From Promethearchaeota archaeon (GTDB taxonomy: Archaea > Asgardarchaeota > Lokiarchaeia > Sigyniarchaeales > SOKP01), in assembly GCA_016839555.1 (NCBI GenBank), contig JAEOUA010000010.1:224001-288000 (forward strand): a stretch of DNA of 64,000 nucleotides, read 5' to 3'. The position numbers and the translations under genes were made by a program. Each line of letters opens with the position of its first letter. Position 1 is the stretch's first letter. Under the pieces are notes generated by a model. That model was not told the DNA's origin, searched no databases, and saw only the letters and a list, made by a program, of their open reading frames with translations. Shown in pieces: positions 18,954-28,762 of this stretch.

Positions 18954-21524
18954 ATGGCTACTGAAATCCAACCACTGGAAAATATTCTTCCTCCACTTCT
19001 AAAAGAAGGAATCGTGGTCTTTTGTGGCGCCGGTATCTCAATCCCGCCCCCAAGTTGTTCGCCTTCATGGTGGACACTTACCGAGGAGATTTTGAAAGCT
19101 TTTTTTGATAGAGTACCTGAAGACTATAATCTCCCAAAAGATATGATTATCAAAGATCCAGAAAGAACACCGGAGGAAGTATTTGAAGCATTCTCAAATA
19201 TATTAGATGAAAGAATGTATAAGGCTTTTGAAGTGCTAAATGTTGCTGAACCTAATGCTAACCATTATGCCCTTGCTCGTTTAGCTAAGAAAGGAATATT
19301 AAAGGCATGCTTTACAACTAATTTCGATATATACTTAGAAAAAGCATTAAAGGAGGAAGGGGTAGATTTTAAGCTTTTAGTTGAAAATATTGAATATGAA
19401 AAATATTTTGAAACTCATATTAGAAATATTGAAACTAATCATAAATTTATTTTATGTAAGGTTCATGGGACAATAGAAAGACCAAATACCATTGTAAGTG
19501 TTGCATCAGCCTATAAAAGTGCAAAGGGATTTTCTGCTCCTAAAGGAAATGTATTTAAAAAGTTAATAGAAACTTATCCTTGTGTGTTTTTAGGATATTC
19601 AGGATGGGATTTTAATCATTTAAATTATAGGAGGTTTTGGAAGCGAGTTGGACCTAGCGTTAAGAAAATAATTTGGAATAATCGCCCTGGTAAAAGGGAA
19701 AATATAGATTTTAGTGATATTTTTCAATCATGTTGGGGAATATTTGAATTTACACAAGCAGAGCTCCCAAATGGGCTTATAAAAGCCATAGAAAAGATTC
19801 CTGAACTAAAAATTGATATAGAAGATTTAACTATGGATTTGATTAAAGATGATGCATCCAATTATGCAAAAGCTCAGGCAGAAAGAATAAGATTTTTTAA
19901 TAATTGGGTTGGAGATTTTCCAGAATCACATATGATTGGACTAGTAATTACTGAAAGTCAAAAATTTTCCACAACTTTTAGAGAATTCATGAAACATACT
20001 AAAGAGTATACTCAAGACACTGAAGCGATTTCATATAATATAAGTAATAAAATTCAAGAAATAACTGAAAAACATAATTTAGGAGAAATTTCTCTTGAAG
20101 AATATCAACACCAAATTTTTACCATATCGCTTGAAAATGCTATAAAGTTGATCAGAAAAGAATATATACCAAGAATTAGAGAAATCATAAATAATAATGA
20201 ATTTCCAGGTATCACAGATAATTCAAGTATTGTTTTAATGTTATTAAACGCATTAATTGCAACCTCAAGATATTTTGATATTGATAAAGCTATATTTAAA
20301 GCGGTAGAATATATAAATAATGTACAAGAATTAAACAAGCTTCAGACCAATGAATCTAGAGCAGAACAAACAATTTTAGGATTTAAATTACAACTTGAAC
20401 GCCCAAATAGAGATGATTGGAAAAGATATCTTGATCAAATGTATTTAGAGAAGCAAGAATTTATTTCTGGAGAGATTGATTTTAATCAATTCAGTTCTAA
20501 CTGTGCAAAGATAAATCAAAAAGCAGTAAATGAATTGGTAGGAATGACTGTTGATATTTATGAATTATTAGACAAACAAGTTGAAGCTACAATTAGGAGT
20601 AATTCAACAGATGAATTTGAGGATCAAGCAGGAGCGTTATCCATCACGATTATGCAAATTGCAGCATATTTATGCTCAAAATTTTATAATAATCAAATTT
20701 ATTTGGATTTACTTGAAGCACTTAGTCAAAATAATCTTCCTGAACATCAAAGAGATCCTAATAAAGTAATTAAAAAAGAGATGCTGGATGGAATTGATAA
20801 AATAATTCGTGATCCATTCATTCCGGTATTAAAAATTGCAGAACAAGAAAGTAATCTGGTTTCAATATTAATGGAAATGGCAATTCTTTCAATTTGGATT
20901 CAAACTGTTCAGTATCTGGATCCTATTGGGATGAAAGAATATCAAAGAATGTGGGATGCAGGAGAATATCCAAAACGCTTCTCCCCTAAGATGATATATA
21001 ATTATCTAAAAGAAAAAATTAAACCTTGGCTTGATAATGCGTTAGAGAATCTACCCGCAAGATATGCTCAGAAATTGTGTGGAAATCTCGCTATTATGGG
21101 AGAGATGGGTGATGATCTTGATTTATGTAAGCAAGCAACTTTAAGAAGCTTGGAATTAAGTGAGAATATGGTCACAGAAGCTACTCCTGAAAATATTCCA
21201 GGAAACCTAGCTGCTTTTTACGAGCGTTTAGGAGATTCAGAAAATGCGCTAAAATATTATATGATTTGTTTAAATGGAATAAAATTAAGATATCCGCCCG
21301 TATTGGCAGATGCAATTGTTTATAGAACTGCAGTCCTTTTGAATGAAAAGGGTGAAAAAACAAAGGCTTTAGAAATTTTAGGTACCTTTCACCCTTCATT
21401 TAGAGGAAATGCAAGTTCTGTAGTTCTAGTATCACGCAAAAAGGGAGAATTGCTTGCCGAAGAATTAGCAAGAGATTTAGGTTATAAAGATGCACATATT
21501 GCTGTGAATAATGTATTAGGATAA
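18954..21524 (+). CDS. SIR2-like (SIR2_2) domain protein with long helical/TPR-like C-terminus
   Basis: VFCGAGIS, PNANH, TTNFD, KVHG, FLGYSGWD; C-terminal GNLAAFYERLGDSENALKYY TPR-like repeats. Confidence 0.85.
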   Translation: MATEIQPLENILPPLLKEGIVVFCGAGISIPPPSCSPSWWTLTEEILKAFFDRVPEDYNLPKDMIIKDPERTPEEVFEAFSNILDERMYKAFEVLNVAEPNANHYALARLAKKGILKACFTTNFDIYLEKALKEEGVDFKLLVENIEYEKYFETHIRNIETNHKFILCKVHGTIERPNTIVSVASAYKSAKGFSAPKGNVFKKLIETYPCVFLGYSGWDFNHLNYRRFWKRVGPSVKKIIWNNRPGKRENIDFSDIFQSCWGIFEFTQAELPNGLIKAIEKIPELKIDIEDLTMDLIKDDASNYAKAQAERIRFFNNWVGDFPESHMIGLVITESQKFSTTFREFMKHTKEYTQDTEAISYNISNKIQEITEKHNLGEISLEEYQHQIFTISLENAIKLIRKEYIPRIREIINNNEFPGITDNSSIVLMLLNALIATSRYFDIDKAIFKAVEYINNVQELNKLQTNESRAEQTILGFKLQLERPNRDDWKRYLDQMYLEKQEFISGEIDFNQFSSNCAKINQKAVNELVGMTVDIYELLDKQVEATIRSNSTDEFEDQAGALSITIMQIAAYLCSKFYNNQIYLDLLEALSQNNLPEHQRDPNKVIKKEMLDGIDKIIRDPFIPVLKIAEQESNLVSILMEMAILSIWIQTVQYLDPIGMKEYQRMWDAGEYPKRFSPKMIYNYLKEKIKPWLDNALENLPARYAQKLCGNLAIMGEMGDDLDLCKQATLRSLELSENMVTEATPENIPGNLAAFYERLGDSENALKYYMICLNGIKLRYPPVLADAIVYRTAVLLNEKGEKTKALEILGTFHPSFRGNASSVVLVSRKKGELLAEELARDLGYKDAHIAVNNVLG

Positions 21525-21853
21525 ACCCTTCCATATTAAACCTCTTATATTTTTTAGTATCAATTAATTATGCAAACATAAACTATAGATCGATTTTTTT
21601 TATATTTTTTGTATTTAAAAGTATATCTATTAATGACATTTCTTTTCCTATTGAAAAATTTTTAAATACCCAAAAATGATTTAGATGAATTAAAATATGA
21701 TATATCTTCATTAAAATCATTGATAATTCTATTTTTTGATAAAACGAAACCTTTATATATAAAGCTGATTAATATTTTACTAATGAATTCTGATGATCGA
21801 TAATGATCACTTTATCTATTTAAAACGTATGAAAAAGTAAGACGAATATAGAT

Positions 21854-24364
21854 ATGAAAAAAATAAAAAATGAAACAGAGAAACCAAATAAATCGAAAAA
21901 TTCCTTGAAATCAAATAGAAAAAGTAAAAAGAGTTTAAGACAAAATAATCTCCCAAAATCAGTTAAGAAACCGAAAAAAATAAACCAAGTTGCTGCTATA
22001 TCGCTTCTAATACTCGGAATCGCCCTAATACCTGGTGCTATCTTTTTAAATTCTTTTATTCAAGAAGAAATCGATAAAGGAATTGAAGAACAAATTTTAG
22101 TTCCTACTTCTCCTGGTACCAATTTCTTAGCATTTATCACAAATGATTATCTTGGAGCTCCAGAAGAATTTAAAACCTTTTATCTATGGAATTTAACCAA
22201 TCCCGATGAATTTCTCTCTGGTGATGAAAAACCCATATATGAACAAATCGGACCATTTAAATTCAGAGATCTGAAGTATAAATACGATATTGCCTATAAT
22301 CCGTTGCTCACTGAAGTTACTTATAAAGAATACGATAAATATGTACAAGTTGCAGGTGATAATATTTCTGAAGTCTATATAACAAACATTAATCCTGGAT
22401 TTTTGGGTGCCATTGAGTACGCCGGCGGAACTGAGCAAAACCTCATCGAAATGAACTTACCTTTAGTGCTTTCTAAAGTAAAGGGAATGTTTTGTGAAGA
22501 ATTGAATCAGACATTAGGAGAAGTTCTCACAGAAGAAGGAATGTTCAGTATGTTAAATGAGACACTTATGGGAATAATAAATGATGCAAGAGTCGACAGT
22601 TCTTTTATTGATGCATTTTTAGATTTACTGGAAACCTTTTATGGAGAAGGTATAATTGAAACATGGATTGAAAATATAATAACATACATTTTCGATTATC
22701 TTCTACCTCCAGAACATTTAATTAATTTTATGGCTAATGCAATGCCCACAGCTGAAGAAGTTTTTTATGAAGAATGGGCAAATGACTATTTTCCTGAAGT
22801 AGATGCTAATCTTACTACGCTTTATGAAGAAATCGAAGGAGTTAATAGTACTGTGTTATTAGATATATTGGAATTCATTTTTGAGACATTTCCTGCTCTT
22901 AAAGATTTAGGAGAATCCATAATGGGGAGTATAATTCAACAATTAGGTGATGATATGGTAAAAAGTGAGGGGAGCAGTGACGGAACGGGTATTGATTTAG
23001 ATGGGCGAGATCCATATAATTATCCGGGTTCTTATAGAGATTTAAATATCGCGAATCATACTGATGGAGGGTCTAGTTTGACCTACGAGCAATGTACTGC
23101 ACTTTGGAATGAGAGTGATCCTAATTCGCTTCTTGGAATGGATTATGAAATCAATAAAGTTTGGTTTGATGCTCTTAATGGTGATAACGATTCACAATAT
23201 TTCTTAAGGGACCATTTTGGAATAACAGAAACTCAACTTAACTCTATTTTGAATTGGATCGAAACAGGTCTATCCACTTGGCTACCAAATTTAATAGAAT
23301 ACTCCTTAAATAAGGAGTATAATAGTGGAGTGATAACGAATAGAACAGTAGAAGAATGGTTATTTACAGCAGAAGACGCAGCTATCAAAGATGCTATGTC
23401 ACAGAATGGGAAAGATGAGTCACTTGCTCGTGTTAATCTGTTTGATAGCTGTCAAAATGAAACTGAGGCAGAAGAAGCAGATATAAAAAGTATTACTATA
23501 ATGACAGGAGAAAATAATAAATATCTTGCCCGACAAGTAGTTAAATACGATGGTAAATCAACTATAAATATCTGGGAAAGTACAGAAAAAATAAGAGGCT
23601 CCTTAGGAATGTATAATATTCCTGGTATGACTGATCTTATACCTCCTAAGATCTTTATTTCAGATTTAATGCGCGTTATTGACATGGTATACATAGGTCC
23701 AACCTCAATATTTGGGGTTAACTTAAATAGATTCACGTTTGCTCCGAAAACATTCTCACCTAATGAAAATTACTATATGAATACTCAAGGATTAATCAAT
23801 GTGCAGGCGGTGGAGAAATTTCAAGGAGTTCCTGTGCTTGTAAGCAAACCTCATTTTCTTGATAGTGATCCGAGTGTTATAAATGCCATAGAAGGCATAG
23901 AACCTAATAGAATATCACATGATACCTTTATAGATGTGGAACCCATATCTGGAGTAACTATGAATGCGCGAGAACGGATTCAGGTGAATTTCAATGTGTC
24001 CTCCGACGAATATTTTACATCTGATATAAATACCACAGTAATGCCCATTGCCTGGTATGAGCAAAGCGGAATAGTTCCAAAACATTTAGCGGATAGATTT
24101 ACTCAGGAAGTGTATCCCGCACAAACAGCACAAATCGCGATAATTTCCGGTGGACTGGTATTAGGTGTGGTATTTTCCATAGCAGGTGGGTCTGGAACCT
24201 TAAATAACGAATTTAAAAAGTCTATAATAAGGAAAAGGCTTGGCCCTAAGGGTAAAAAAGCAATGAAATCAAAATTAGGTTATAAAACTGAGGAGAGTAA
24301 ATTAAAAAAGAAAAAACTAATCAATTCCTCCGAATCATTTGAGAAAAAACCCCATAAGAACTAA
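21854..24364 (+). CDS. CD36/scavenger receptor class B (SR-BI/LIMP-2)-like membrane protein
   Basis: FYLWNLTNPDE...KP..EQIGPFKFR, RTVEEWLF, PVLVSKPHFL, GIEPN..SH.TFIDVEPISGVT...RERIQVN, PIAWYE; TM helix near each terminus. Confidence 0.85.
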   Translation: MKKIKNETEKPNKSKNSLKSNRKSKKSLRQNNLPKSVKKPKKINQVAAISLLILGIALIPGAIFLNSFIQEEIDKGIEEQILVPTSPGTNFLAFITNDYLGAPEEFKTFYLWNLTNPDEFLSGDEKPIYEQIGPFKFRDLKYKYDIAYNPLLTEVTYKEYDKYVQVAGDNISEVYITNINPGFLGAIEYAGGTEQNLIEMNLPLVLSKVKGMFCEELNQTLGEVLTEEGMFSMLNETLMGIINDARVDSSFIDAFLDLLETFYGEGIIETWIENIITYIFDYLLPPEHLINFMANAMPTAEEVFYEEWANDYFPEVDANLTTLYEEIEGVNSTVLLDILEFIFETFPALKDLGESIMGSIIQQLGDDMVKSEGSSDGTGIDLDGRDPYNYPGSYRDLNIANHTDGGSSLTYEQCTALWNESDPNSLLGMDYEINKVWFDALNGDNDSQYFLRDHFGITETQLNSILNWIETGLSTWLPNLIEYSLNKEYNSGVITNRTVEEWLFTAEDAAIKDAMSQNGKDESLARVNLFDSCQNETEAEEADIKSITIMTGENNKYLARQVVKYDGKSTINIWESTEKIRGSLGMYNIPGMTDLIPPKIFISDLMRVIDMVYIGPTSIFGVNLNRFTFAPKTFSPNENYYMNTQGLINVQAVEKFQGVPVLVSKPHFLDSDPSVINAIEGIEPNRISHDTFIDVEPISGVTMNARERIQVNFNVSSDEYFTSDINTTVMPIAWYEQSGIVPKHLADRFTQEVYPAQTAQIAIISGGLVLGVVFSIAGGSGTLNNEFKKSIIRKRLGPKGKKAMKSKLGYKTEESKLKKKKLINSSESFEKKPHKN

Positions 24365-24521
24365 AACGTCTTAAAAACTTATAAAAATTCATTTATTCCT
24401 ATTTTTTTATTATATTTTTGTTAAGAGAAAATATTATTTTAAAATAAAACGTATACAATTAATTTTTATGAGAAACTAAAAAATAAACTTACGAATACTA
24501 TATTATAAAATTAAATCGAGA

Positions 24522-25226
24522 TTAATCAATAATAATAGAAAGATCAAAATAAGAGTCTTTTTTATCTCCACCAATATGGTAATTCTCGATTTTGCACTCA
24601 ATCTTTCGGTTTGTTTCTTTTTCTAATATTCCTTCAGTGAGACCGCATATAAAATGTAAGTGATAAATGTAGTTGTCATTTTCTTCCAAAAAAACGGAAT
24701 TTCGGAAGCGATAAGTAGCCTTCTTACCTTTAGGATCTATCTTTAAAATCGAAATATCCACATCTGGTTGGAAGATGTCGTAAGTTGGATAAAATTCTTT
24801 AAATATTTCCAGATGGATCTTAGTGAGTTGAGAGATTGGATGACTTTTTATATATTTTAATTGCTTGTAAATTTTTGGACTGAATGTGAATTTGATATCC
24901 TGAACGTTTTCTTTTATTAATTCTTTAAAAAATTCTCCTTTTTCAGGAAAATTTTTTTTTAATCCTTTTAATAAGATTTTGTAATAAGATAAAACAAGGG
25001 AATTAGGGAGATAATTTTCTTCTGACGAGAAATAAAGCGAATATGCTCCCACTTTCTTTTTATAGATTTTATTTTTTAATTTTAAGATACTAATATATTT
25101 TGATACCGTATTTCTTGAGTAACCTTTAATATCAGAAATGTCTGTGATAGTTACTCCACCAGGATTGTTTTTAATACATTGTAGTATTTCATATTCATAC
25201 TTTATACTGCTATCTTGCTCCGAAAT
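24522..25226 (-). CDS. HTH plus V4R-like domain regulator (extends upstream of the tracked GTG at 25052)
   Basis: Frame stays open upstream and encodes YEILQCIKNNPGGVTITDISDIKGYSRNTVSKYISIL (HTH). C-terminal HFICGLTEGILE is V4R-like. Proposed ATT start at 25226 behind a GTGGTG SD. Confidence 0.7.
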   Translation of the reverse strand: MSEQDSSIKYEYEILQCIKNNPGGVTITDISDIKGYSRNTVSKYISILKLKNKIYKKKVGAYSLYFSSEENYLPNSLVLSYYKILLKGLKKNFPEKGEFFKELIKENVQDIKFTFSPKIYKQLKYIKSHPISQLTKIHLEIFKEFYPTYDIFQPDVDISILKIDPKGKKATYRFRNSVFLEENDNYIYHLHFICGLTEGILEKETNRKIECKIENYHIGGDKKDSYFDLSIIID

Positions 25227-25402
25227 TCTTAAACACCACGAGAAAATTCTTTCAAATAAGAGTAAAGATTTATCTCTTATATGTTTTTTTACATTAAATT
25301 TGAAATTAATTAGATCAAATAATAAGATTCAATATTAATGATTTTAATGATAAAATAATAAAAAAAATTAATGATTTCTTTTGCTTTTTTTTTAAAAGAA
25401 AT

Positions 25403-26545
25403 ATGTCCAAAATTCACAGAATTCTCCGAGAAAAAACTTACCTCCTCTGCAAAGGACTTTATTTAAGCAATGAATTGATTATTTATTACAAAAAGCAAGG
25501 AATTAACCTTGATTTTGGAAGGAAGGGAGGCGCAGGACCATTGGGAGGAAGATATTTTTTATTAGATGATGAAAAAACCTTAGTTAATGTTGCCTTATGG
25601 GATAATAAAGAAAGAACGGAATTAACTTTAGGAGAAAAGAAAGATAAATTCTTTGAAGTAATTAATAGAAATAACGAGGATGTTTTTTGCCACTTGGATT
25701 TAATTGAAAATCCCGAATATTATTCCCCCAACTATAAAACTTCTGATGGTATAGAAATGAAAAAAATAGCCTTAGTCCACGGAGTCGATTGTCTTGCTAC
25801 AACTATTTACCAAAAATGTAAATACTGGGAATGTGGGGAAGCATGCAAGTTCTGTGGAATTGAACTTAGCCTTGCTTATGGTACCACCATTCTAGAAAAA
25901 AACGCTAAACAGATCTCAGAAGTTATTACCGTTGCTAAAAATGAAGGAAGATGCGCCCATATGACGATAACCAGTGGGACAGAAGCAAGTGAAGACAAAG
26001 GAGCCCTAAGATATATAAATGTTCTAAAGGGTGTGAAAAAAAAGCACCCAGATATTCCTCTTCATGTTCAGATTGAGCCTTTAGAAGATTTAACATATCT
26101 AGATAAATTAAAGGAAGCTGGTGCGGATACGATTGGAATTCATATCGAACTTTTAGATGATAAACTTCGAAAAAAAATTACTCCTGGCAAATATAAGATA
26201 CCTTATAACTGTTTTGTTAAGAGCTGGAAAAATGCTCTTGAGGTATTTGGAAAAAATCAAGTGGAATCCTTCATATTAACTGGTTATGGAGAACCTATTG
26301 AAAAATTTATGAGGGATTTAGAAGATGTTATTTCTATTGGCGTGATCCCTTTTATAACACCCGTGCGGGCAATTCCTCTTAAAGGATCCAAAACCCCTCC
26401 CACTAATCCAGAGAATTTATTAAAAATTTATTATCAAGCCGCGGAATTAATGAAGGAGTATGGAATTAACCCCCTTGAAAATAAAGCAGGATGCGTTAGA
26501 TGCGGCGGCTGTTCAGCCATCAGTGAGGCATTTAAAATTTTTTGA
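25403..26545 (+). CDS. Radical SAM protein, MSMEG_0568/Nit1C-like family
   Basis: GRKGGAGP, KIALVHGVDCLATT, CKYWECGEACKFCGIE, C-terminal KAGCVRCGGCS. Confidence 0.85.
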   Translation: MSKIHRILREKTYLLCKGLYLSNELIIYYKKQGINLDFGRKGGAGPLGGRYFLLDDEKTLVNVALWDNKERTELTLGEKKDKFFEVINRNNEDVFCHLDLIENPEYYSPNYKTSDGIEMKKIALVHGVDCLATTIYQKCKYWECGEACKFCGIELSLAYGTTILEKNAKQISEVITVAKNEGRCAHMTITSGTEASEDKGALRYINVLKGVKKKHPDIPLHVQIEPLEDLTYLDKLKEAGADTIGIHIELLDDKLRKKITPGKYKIPYNCFVKSWKNALEVFGKNQVESFILTGYGEPIEKFMRDLEDVISIGVIPFITPVRAIPLKGSKTPPTNPENLLKIYYQAAELMKEYGINPLENKAGCVRCGGCSAISEAFKIF

Positions 26546-26688
26546 CGCTAGAATTTTTAATATACTTTATTTTCTACGATTAAAAAATTATACATAATTT
26601 ATACTGCTTAAAAAAGTTAAAAAAAGTTCCATTGTTATTTAAATTGATATCTTTAAATTTATTTTAAATTAAAGTTTATTTTTAGAAA

Positions 26689-28335
26689 ATGACGGAAATA
26701 AAAACTGCTAAGGATAAAGAAAAAGAATCAGAAGGAAAGGAGCGCCAAAAGCAAAGAACTTTTAGAAATTTATCAGATATCGAAATAAAACGCCTTTATA
26801 AACCAGAAGATGTTGCCGATTTGAATTATGAGCAAGATTTAGGAGAGCCGGGAAAATATCCTTATACCAGAGGCCCTTATAAAAATATGTATAGGGGCAG
26901 GTTGTGGACAATGCGACAATTTGCGGGTTTTGGAACAGCAGAACAAACTAATAAGCGATTTAAATTTTTAATTGAGCATGGTCAGACGGGTTTAAGTGTG
27001 GCATTTCATTTGCCAACTATCTATGGATATGAGTCTTGTGATGAAAAAGCGCTCGGGGAAGTTGGCAAAGAGGGCGTTGCTATTGATATTCTTAAAGATA
27101 TGGAAATATTATTTGACGGGATTGATTTATCTAAGATTTCTACATCAATGACGATTAATGCGCCAGCATCTATTTTATTAGCAATGTACATTGTAGTAGC
27201 TGAAAAACAAGGGGTTGCTCCAGAAGAATTGAGAGGAACAATCCAAAATGATATATTAAAAGAATATATTGCACAAAAATCTTGGATATTCCCTCCAGAA
27301 CCTTCTATGAGATTAATTATAGATACAATAGAATATTGTACCAAACATGTTCCACAATGGTACACAATTAGCATAAGCGGATATCATATTCGAGAAGCTG
27401 GTTCAACGGCTGTTCAAGAATTAGCTTTTACATTAGCTGACGGATTTGCATATGTGGAAGCTGCTCTGGAGAGAGGATTAGATGTTGACGATTTTGCTCA
27501 TAGATTATCTTTTTTCTTCAATGCACATAATAATTTTTTTGAAGAAATAGCAAAATATAGAGCAGCGAGAAGGATTTGGGCTAAAAGAATGAAAAATAAA
27601 TACGGAGCAAAAAAACCAGAATCGATGCGTCTCAGATTCCATACTCAAACTGCTGGAGTTTCATTAACTGCGCAAGATCCGGAAAGTAATATTGTACGTG
27701 TTGCATATCAAGGTTTAGCCGCAGTATTAGGCGGTACCCAATCTTTACATACAAATTCTTTTGATGAAGCTTTATGTTTACCGACCGAGAAAGCGGTGAG
27801 GATTGCATTAAGAACTCAACAAATTATAGCACATGAAACGGGAGTTGCTGATACCGTCGATCCATTGGCGGGCTCTTATTTTGTTGAATGGTTAACTAAT
27901 AAAATGGAAGAAGAAGCAAATAAATATTTTGAAAGAATTGAAGAATTAGGAGGCGTGATCCCCGCGATCAAGAAAAATTTCTTTCAAAAAGAAATCGCAA
28001 ATGCTTCATATAAATATCAAAAAGAAGTAGATAGAAAAGAAAGAATAATCGTAGGAGTTAATAAATTTAAACCAAAAACAGAAAAAGAATTAGAGATTCT
28101 CAAAATTGATGAAAAAGTAGCACTCGATCAAATCAAGAATCTAAATAAAGTAAAACAGAAGCGCAATAATAAAGCAACCAAGCAAGTTTTATCGGAACTT
28201 AAGGAAGCTGCTAAAGGAACCGAAAATTTAATGCCGTATATCATTTCTGCTGTGCGAGAATATGCATCTGTGGGAGAGATTATAGGAACACTCAAAGAAG
28301 TTTTTGGAACTTATAGAGAGGATTCAATATTTTAA
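26689..28335 (+). CDS. Cobalamin-dependent acyl-CoA mutase large subunit, isobutyryl-CoA mutase signature
   Basis: PYTRG, WTMRQFAGFG, GTIQNDILKEYIAQ, ISGYHIREAG, GGTQSLHTNSFDEAL. Confidence 0.93.
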   Translation: MTEIKTAKDKEKESEGKERQKQRTFRNLSDIEIKRLYKPEDVADLNYEQDLGEPGKYPYTRGPYKNMYRGRLWTMRQFAGFGTAEQTNKRFKFLIEHGQTGLSVAFHLPTIYGYESCDEKALGEVGKEGVAIDILKDMEILFDGIDLSKISTSMTINAPASILLAMYIVVAEKQGVAPEELRGTIQNDILKEYIAQKSWIFPPEPSMRLIIDTIEYCTKHVPQWYTISISGYHIREAGSTAVQELAFTLADGFAYVEAALERGLDVDDFAHRLSFFFNAHNNFFEEIAKYRAARRIWAKRMKNKYGAKKPESMRLRFHTQTAGVSLTAQDPESNIVRVAYQGLAAVLGGTQSLHTNSFDEALCLPTEKAVRIALRTQQIIAHETGVADTVDPLAGSYFVEWLTNKMEEEANKYFERIEELGGVIPAIKKNFFQKEIANASYKYQKEVDRKERIIVGVNKFKPKTEKELEILKIDEKVALDQIKNLNKVKQKRNNKATKQVLSELKEAAKGTENLMPYIISAVREYASVGEIIGTLKEVFGTYREDSIF

Positions 28336-28338
28336 TAG

Positions 28339-28749
28339 GTGGATAAGATGGAAAATAAAAGGAAGATAAAAGTCTTAGTAACTAAACCTGGGCTTAATGG
28401 ACATGATCGGGGGGCGAAAGTTGTAGCTCGGGGTCTTAGAGATGCTGGGATGGAAGTAATATATACTGGGCTTCATCAAACACCGAAAGATATAGTAAAT
28501 ACCATCATTCAAGAAGATCCTGATGCTGTGTTATTGAGTATCTTAAGCGGGGCTCATAACGCCTTATGTCCAAAAATTATGGAATTGTTAAAAGAGCAAA
28601 ATATAGATGATGTATTAGTGGCCGTTGGGGGTATTATTCCCGAAGAAGACAAAGAAAGTTTACAAAAAATTGGATTGAAAGGTTTTTATGGACCTGGTAC
28701 AGAAATTAAGACAATTGTTGAATTTGTAAGAAAAAATCTAAAGCGATAA
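28339..28749 (+). CDS. Acyl-CoA mutase small (B12-binding) subunit
   Basis: KPGLNGHDRGAK, SILSGAH, GGIIP; true start probably ATG 28348 behind an AGGTGG SD. Confidence 0.93.
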   Translation: MDKMENKRKIKVLVTKPGLNGHDRGAKVVARGLRDAGMEVIYTGLHQTPKDIVNTIIQEDPDAVLLSILSGAHNALCPKIMELLKEQNIDDVLVAVGGIIPEEDKESLQKIGLKGFYGPGTEIKTIVEFVRKNLKR

Positions 28750-28762
28750 TTAAGATCTTATA

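Noticed and set aside
26689-28335. Methylmalonyl-CoA mutase gene symbol
   Set aside because: The specificity residues are Phe/Gln rather than Tyr/Arg
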